Origin: an uncultured Verrucomicrobiota bacterium
Lineage (GTDB): Bacteria > Verrucomicrobiota > Verrucomicrobiia > Palsa-1439
Assembly: GCA_964541945.1 (NCBI GenBank)
Contig: CAZISE010000003.1
Span: forward strand, 115,649-179,648
Direction: 5' to 3'
DNA: 64,000 bases
Part shown: piece by piece, positions 59,304 to 64,000 of the stretch
How positions within the stretch are numbered: the stretch's first letter is position 1
Layout of the letters: every line of letters starts with the position of its first letter
Made by a program: the position numbers and the translations under genes
The notes under the pieces: generated by a model
Database searches by the model: none
What the model saw: only the letters and a program-made list of their open reading frames with translations
What the model was told of the DNA's origin: nothing

Positions 59304-59855
59304 TCAGAGCCGCGCCAACACGCCTTGGTTGACCTCAAGAGCCTTTTCCCGCCCGCAGAGGAGTTCCACCAGCTTGAAGGCGAATTCCATGGCGGTGCCC
59401 GCCGCTCGGCTGGTGATGACATGGCCATCCACCACCACGCGATCCTCGGAAAAACGAGCGCGTGCGGCGACCTCCTCACGAACTGCCGGATGCGACGTGG
59501 CGGCGTGACCGTCCAGCGTTCCCTGTGCCGCCAGAATAACGGGCGCCGCGCAAATGGCGGCCAACCAGCGATGGTTTCGATGGAAACTTTCCACGAGACG
59601 CTGGATGCGGGGATCGGCGCGAAGATTGTTCACGCCGGGTTGTCCTCCCGGTAGAATGAGCATGTCAAAATCGGCCTCTTTTACATCATCAAGGACGCAA
59701 TCCGGTAAATGTTTCGTCTTGCGCGAGGCTTCGATCGGCCCCGGTTGGGTTCCCGCGGTAATCACCTCCACGCCGGCGCGCCGCAGAATGTCAATCACCG
59801 TAATGGCTTCGATCTCCTCAAAACCGGGAGCGAGAGGTATCAAAACTTTCTTCAT
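59304..59855 (-). CDS. DJ-1/PfpI (ThiJ/YajL) family protein
   Basis: 183 aa. VLIPLAPGFEEIEAITVIDILRRAGVEV...AICAAPVILA has the nucleophile-elbow Cys. Confidence 0.8.
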   Translation of the reverse strand: MKKVLIPLAPGFEEIEAITVIDILRRAGVEVITAGTQPGPIEASRKTKHLPDCVLDDVKEADFDMLILPGGQPGVNNLRADPRIQRLVESFHRNHRWLAAICAAPVILAAQGTLDGHAATSHPAVREEVAARARFSEDRVVVDGHVITSRAAGTAMEFAFKLVELLCGREKALEVNQGVLARL

Positions 59856-60205
59856 GGCGGCGTTAGTGGCGGAAGCGCTGCCGTGTTGGTGTCCACTTTG
59901 ATGCGGACAACCTCCAGGCGATTGCTGGCGGCGCTGAGAATGCGGAGTTTGAGATAATCACCGGGCTGTAACTTGTCGGCGGTGATCTTTTCTTGGCCGC
60001 GGAAAATGTAGGTTTTGGGGGTGAGAAAAAAAGACTGTTCCCCAGAAGAAGTTTTGAGCCGCAGTTCTCCCGATTTGGCGTGGAGTTGGAGGAGAACGCC
60101 GCGCACAAACGGATAGCCAGCAGGAAACGACTGGGATTGCTGCGCGTGAACGGTGGAAATCCAGGCGCAAAATAGAATGACAATGAACCGCCACGCGATC
60201 ATCAT
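59852..60205 (-). CDS. secreted hypothetical protein
   Basis: Start at internal ATG pair (MMIAWRFIVILFCAWISTVHAQQ signal peptide). It has 4-nt overlaps with the flanking genes. Confidence 0.35.
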   Translation of the reverse strand: MMIAWRFIVILFCAWISTVHAQQSQSFPAGYPFVRGVLLQLHAKSGELRLKTSSGEQSFFLTPKTYIFRGQEKITADKLQPGDYLKLRILSAASNRLEVVRIKVDTNTAALPPLTPP

Positions 60206-60591
60206 AACGGCTGTCTGGTTGGCGTAATTACGCCGGGAAGACGGGAAGCAGTCGGCGCTGTTTCCGCTGGTGAGCAATGGCGAAGCACGGCATGGCCATT
60301 TGTCGGGTCCAACTCGAAAATCAACGTCGTGTTGCCGACCTGGATGCGATCGCCCGACACCAGGGGGCATTGAAACACCCTAGCTCCGTTACGGTAGGTT
60401 CCATTGGTGGAACCAAGGTCTTTGAGGTGAAACTGATGATTGTAGTAGGCAATGCCGCAATGAACACGAGAAAGAAAAGAATCGTGGACCTGTATCTCCG
60501 ATTCCGGCAAACGACCAATAATCAACGGCTTATCGCCGGCTTCAAAGATTTTCTCCGTGCCATCAGGTTTCTTGTGAACGAGCGCCGCCAT
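60202..60591 (-). CDS. FHA-domain protein
   Basis: 129 aa. LIIGRLPESEIQVHDSFLSRVHCGIAYYNHQFHLKDLGSTNGTYRNGARV is a canonical FHA core (GR...S.H..., NGT). Confidence 0.75.
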   Translation of the reverse strand: MAALVHKKPDGTEKIFEAGDKPLIIGRLPESEIQVHDSFLSRVHCGIAYYNHQFHLKDLGSTNGTYRNGARVFQCPLVSGDRIQVGNTTLIFELDPTNGHAVLRHCSPAETAPTASRLPGVITPTRQPL

Positions 60592-60717
60592 ACGTGAATT
60601 CAGCCAGAAGATTTATAGCGGATTTTGCCCGGACTGTCCATTGCAAGTTAGCGACTTGACATGGGGAAGGCAAAGGGTTAGATACACCGCACACGACAAC
60701 CCAGAAAGGATTACTCA

Positions 60718-61113
60718 ATGAAACATGGTTGGATAGCAGTCAAAAGCGCCGTTTTGGCGTCTCTGTTGGTAGGCACCGTGGCCGTTGTCTCTTGCGCACA
60801 GGCCCCGCAGACACCCCCGCCTGCGCCGCAAGCGCCGCAACTCACAGCGGCCGATAATGGTAGGTTCCAAGTGGTGGTGAAACCAGAAGCCCAAGGCAAC
60901 TCGATTCTGTTCCTCGTGGACACCCGAACGGGTGACACTTGGATCTATCGCCCCCCCCAACCGCCGACTTTCAACGGCTACTGGAGCGACATCCCGCGCA
61001 TGACATATCCGCCGCAGGTGTGGCAACAAGCTTTCCAAATCTTGTTCCAGCCGCCCAGCACCAATGCCCCCGCTGGGAGCACCAACGCACCTGCTGCCAC
61101 GCCGCATAGATAA
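60718..61113 (+). CDS. putative lipoprotein (hypothetical), Pro/Gln-rich
   Basis: Signal peptide with lipobox-like AVVSC. Candidate sigma-70 promoter TTGACA-N17-TAGATA at ~60656-60684. Confidence 0.45.
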   Translation: MKHGWIAVKSAVLASLLVGTVAVVSCAQAPQTPPPAPQAPQLTAADNGRFQVVVKPEAQGNSILFLVDTRTGDTWIYRPPQPPTFNGYWSDIPRMTYPPQVWQQAFQILFQPPSTNAPAGSTNAPAATPHR

Positions 61114-61139
61114 GCTGGAAAGATCCGTCTAATCTGACA

Positions 61140-61181
61140 AGCCACGGTTCTTCTCTGAGGAACCGTGGCTTTGTTTTTCTC
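61140..61181 (+). terminator. rho-independent terminator
   Basis: AGCCACGGTTC-ttctctgag-GAACCGTGGCT (11-bp perfect stem) followed by TTGTTTTTCTC, 27 nt after the lipoprotein stop. Confidence 0.6.
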
Positions 61182-61417
61182 AAAAAAAGACAACAAACGC
61201 CACCACATACCAGTAAAACGGTGGCTACCACAAGAAAAGCAGAACGCAAACGTCAGCTTGCGGCTGCTGAAGCGGACGACTCGGAAACGGATTTGTTTTG
61301 TTTCGAACGTTGTTTGAGGCGTTCCAAGTAACGACGACGACGTTTGCGTTTGATCACTTTGTTATATTGCTGGCTCATGATGCAAATTCTTCTACAGAAA
61401 AACAGAAAATATTTCAA

Positions 61418-61942
61418 CTACAACACGAAAAGACCGCGTTGCCAAAACTCATCAAAAACCCGGTGAAACGACGGCGCCCATTTCTCAGGAGAGTCCATTA
61501 ATTGCCGTGCCACCTCCGTTACGGGCCAGTATGATCCAGATTCGATTTCAACGGGATTGATGATCGGATGGTAATCGCCCTGGACGCTATACACCCAAAC
61601 GAATTCCCAGCCTGTCTCACTGCAGGCCGCGATCTGGAAATGTTGGCGCAACAACTTTTTCGTCAGAACCAGCCCCAGCTCCTCTTCCATTTCCCGCCGG
61701 GCGCAGTCGTCATACGATTCGCCACTGTTCACATGGCCCGAAGCACTGGAATCATAGCAAAGCGGAAAAGTATCTTTTGTAACAGCGCGTTTCTGAATGA
61801 ACAATTCTCCTCGCGGGTTAAAAAGGAAAATATGAACTGCCCGATGCCAAAGCTTGTAAATGTGAACAGCCGACCTTGTCGCCTGTCCAACAACTCGGTT
61901 TTGGGCATCCACTATATCCAGAATTTCCTCTTGCACAGACAC
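61418..61942 (-). CDS. NUDIX hydrolase
   Basis: Nudix box GHVNSGESYDDCARREMEEELGL (GX5EX7REUXEEXGU). Confidence 0.8.
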   Translation of the reverse strand: MSVQEEILDIVDAQNRVVGQATRSAVHIYKLWHRAVHIFLFNPRGELFIQKRAVTKDTFPLCYDSSASGHVNSGESYDDCARREMEEELGLVLTKKLLRQHFQIAACSETGWEFVWVYSVQGDYHPIINPVEIESGSYWPVTEVARQLMDSPEKWAPSFHRVFDEFWQRGLFVL

Positions 61943-62005
61943 TTGGAAAAAAGAACCCCCCGAATCATCGGGGGGTTCTCTGTGTTGAAGATCTAACCGT
62001 TCAGA

Positions 62006-63355
62006 TTAGAACTTGACGTTGACTTCACCACGGATCATGTGCGCAACAGCGTCGAATCCGTAGTAGGTGGTATAGGCGCGATCCGGAATGAATGCAGCGT
62101 ACACGAGCTGGAAGCGGACGTCCTTGCTGTAGTCGTAACCACAGATAGCGTCGAGTTCCCAACCGAGTTCGCGCTTGTCGGCATTATACCAATCCAGACC
62201 ACCAAACTCCTGTTGCCAGTAATCACTACCGGCCCAGCTGTTAGCGTCATCCTTCAGGTAGTAGTAAGCCTGAACTGCGAGAGTGACATTCTTGGCAGGC
62301 TTGACCGAAGCACCCACGTTGAAGATGTGGATGTTACGGAGCGCCGGAGCAAACAGGTAACCGTTATATCCGGCAAACGACGGGAAGAACGGCAGGTAGC
62401 CAGCGCTGTAGCCGGACGCGTAGATGTAGTTCGCATTGATGCAAGGCTCCATCTTGACGTCCTTGAAGCAATACTTGGCACCAACGTTGGCCAACCAAGC
62501 TTCCACTTCACCACCGTAACCATAGGTGCCGCCTTCATAGGCGCCTTCCAACCACACGCTCAAGCCCTTGATGGGGGCGAGGTCCGCACGGAGACCAACG
62601 GTCCACGGGGACGAACGATAGGACGGAGTGGTCGGCCAATATTCGGGCGGATAAGCACCACCAGCAGAGGCAGCAGAAACCCAACCAAAGTAGGCTTCCA
62701 CAGCCTTGATGATGGAATCCTTCATCTCATAACGGCCATTGATGAAGAGCAGGTTGTTGCCACCATGGTGTGAATCAGCATCAAACCAGTAGGTGTTGGC
62801 GGTTTCATCCGAGAGACGGGCGCCAACGATGTCAATCGTGAGAGGATAGAAATCCAACACGAGACGACCGGCATCGAAGTTGTAGGTCTCATTGGCACTG
62901 CTCAGGACGAATCCTTTGCCGTAGTTCAGGTATTGACGACCGAGCTTCAGGGTCGCCGGAGTGAAGAACATCTCGCTGAACTGGACATAGGCTTCGCTGA
63001 TACCGACTTTCCAGCCGCGGTCACCGTTGTAATAGCCATTACCTTCGCTGTAATGACCGTAGGCAGGGTAACCGACGCCGTCAGCCTGGCCCCAGAGACC
63101 TTCGGCCTTGAGGGTGATCACCACGAGCACGTGATCTTCGAGATCCGCTTCGCACGTGATGCGAGTGCGCTGCATAATGAACGCGTTGTCTCCATTCCCG
63201 GCAGTCCCATAATACTGCTCCTTGCCTGCGCCGTTCAGATAATAACCGCGGATGCGGACATCGCCGCTGAGGCGGATATTCTGAACATCAGCGAAAACGC
63301 TGGTGGCCATCGTGCCAATGGCAGCCAACGCTGCTACTAACCATACTTTTTTCAC
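62006..63355 (-). CDS. outer-membrane beta-barrel porin (alginate-export-like), paralogous in type to 54893-56230
   Basis: Signal peptide MKKVWLVAALAAIGTMATSVFA. Gly/Tyr-rich alternating strands and a C-terminal aromatic residue (…VNVKF). Confidence 0.5.
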   Translation of the reverse strand: MKKVWLVAALAAIGTMATSVFADVQNIRLSGDVRIRGYYLNGAGKEQYYGTAGNGDNAFIMQRTRITCEADLEDHVLVVITLKAEGLWGQADGVGYPAYGHYSEGNGYYNGDRGWKVGISEAYVQFSEMFFTPATLKLGRQYLNYGKGFVLSSANETYNFDAGRLVLDFYPLTIDIVGARLSDETANTYWFDADSHHGGNNLLFINGRYEMKDSIIKAVEAYFGWVSAASAGGAYPPEYWPTTPSYRSSPWTVGLRADLAPIKGLSVWLEGAYEGGTYGYGGEVEAWLANVGAKYCFKDVKMEPCINANYIYASGYSAGYLPFFPSFAGYNGYLFAPALRNIHIFNVGASVKPAKNVTLAVQAYYYLKDDANSWAGSDYWQQEFGGLDWYNADKRELGWELDAICGYDYSKDVRFQLVYAAFIPDRAYTTYYGFDAVAHMIRGEVNVKF

Positions 63356-63667
63356 TGTGTCCTCCTGTTGTTGTTGTTTGCGTTTCCTTCTCTACTTCTG
63401 CCTTGGGAACCTTACAGCTTCCCAAGACCGCTCAGCTGCTCGTTGTCATACTGTTTCCGGTCGTATGAACCATTGTGATGTTGTCTTATCGTCAACATCT
63501 CTTTTGGTTCAAAACAACCTTCAACAGTCCGCTGAGAAGTCGCCTGACCCACGACTTCTCAACCGACAATACTCCTAGCAACTGGCACCATTATATGAAT
63601 TGTCCTTGAACTGTCAAGCGTCTCGACAAATTATTTCACGGGACAAACCTGTTTCTCCTCCAAAGGC

Positions 63668-64000
63668 TTACGGAGCTTTTGGAGGCTGCACAGTCCCCGG
63701 AGAAGCGGATGGCTGTGCCAATTGACGCCCCAAAACCGTCCACCGGAAAAAAGCTTCTCCCTGCCAGATACCGCTCTGATCCGATGCCATTACCTCGTTA
63801 TAAAGCTGGCGCGCTTCGTTTACTTGACCGAGCAACTCCGTGCACCGGGCCATACCCAGTTTGGCAGCGGCCTGCGCGTATGTGTTTGGATTGGCAGTGA
63901 CCAACTGGGAATACAAAGAACGGGCGGCTTCAAAGTTCCCCGCCGCTTCCTGAACAGCAGCCAAGCCGAGTCGGGCGGCATCGGCCAGAAAGCTTTTGGG
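63668..64000 (-). CDS. tetratricopeptide-repeat protein, partial (N-terminus beyond window end)
   Basis: TPR-like helical repeats (EAARSLYSQLVTANPNTYAQAAAKLGMARCTELLGQVNEARQLYNEVM). The reading frame continues upstream to the window edge without a stop. Confidence 0.5.
   Translation of the reverse strand, partial: PKSFLADAARLGLAAVQEAAGNFEAARSLYSQLVTANPNTYAQAAAKLGMARCTELLGQVNEARQLYNEVMASDQSGIWQGEAFFRWTVLGRQLAQPSASPGTVQPPKAP

Overview
This is a high-GC bacterial chromosomal window. I infer this only from gene content such as Tat-Gfo/Idh/MocA, PQQ-propeller and alginate-export-like porins; the phylum cannot be assigned from sequence alone. It contains the replication origin region (dnaA–dnaN with degenerate DnaA boxes and a tRNA-Gln). 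A glnB–glnA operon sits behind a canonical sigma-54 promoter. There is a heat-shock/proteostasis cluster: two Hsp20, Lon, HtrA, MarC and an unusual HPF–ECF-sigma fusion coupled to a baeRF/host-attachment-like gene. Other content includes several two-component systems (one with duplicated hybrid kinases and one globin-coupled kinase with an NtrC-type regulator), an RND/TolC efflux operon, cydAB with an embedded hibernation factor, a rhodanese/DUF2892 sulfur cluster, glycogen phosphorylase, and an nrfHA nitrite-reductase operon with accessory genes. The most striking region is a ~10 kb defence-island-like operon at 1875–11906. It encodes an SNF2 helicase with a C-terminal DUF3883 domain, a small four-helix-bundle/topoisomerase-type Zn-ribbon protein, a DUF1156 Zn-ribbon N6-adenine (DPPY) methyltransferase and a DUF499 P-loop ATPase, all translationally coupled. 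This gene set has been predicted computationally to be an R-M-like defence module, but to my knowledge it is biochemically uncharacterised. Here it also carries six arrays of 9-bp, GATC-containing in-frame tandem repeats, used in two different reading phases, inside genes and at gene junctions. A second recurring feature is a ~70-bp conserved intergenic element present in at least two copies. Coordinates I derived by hand may be off by 1–2 nt.
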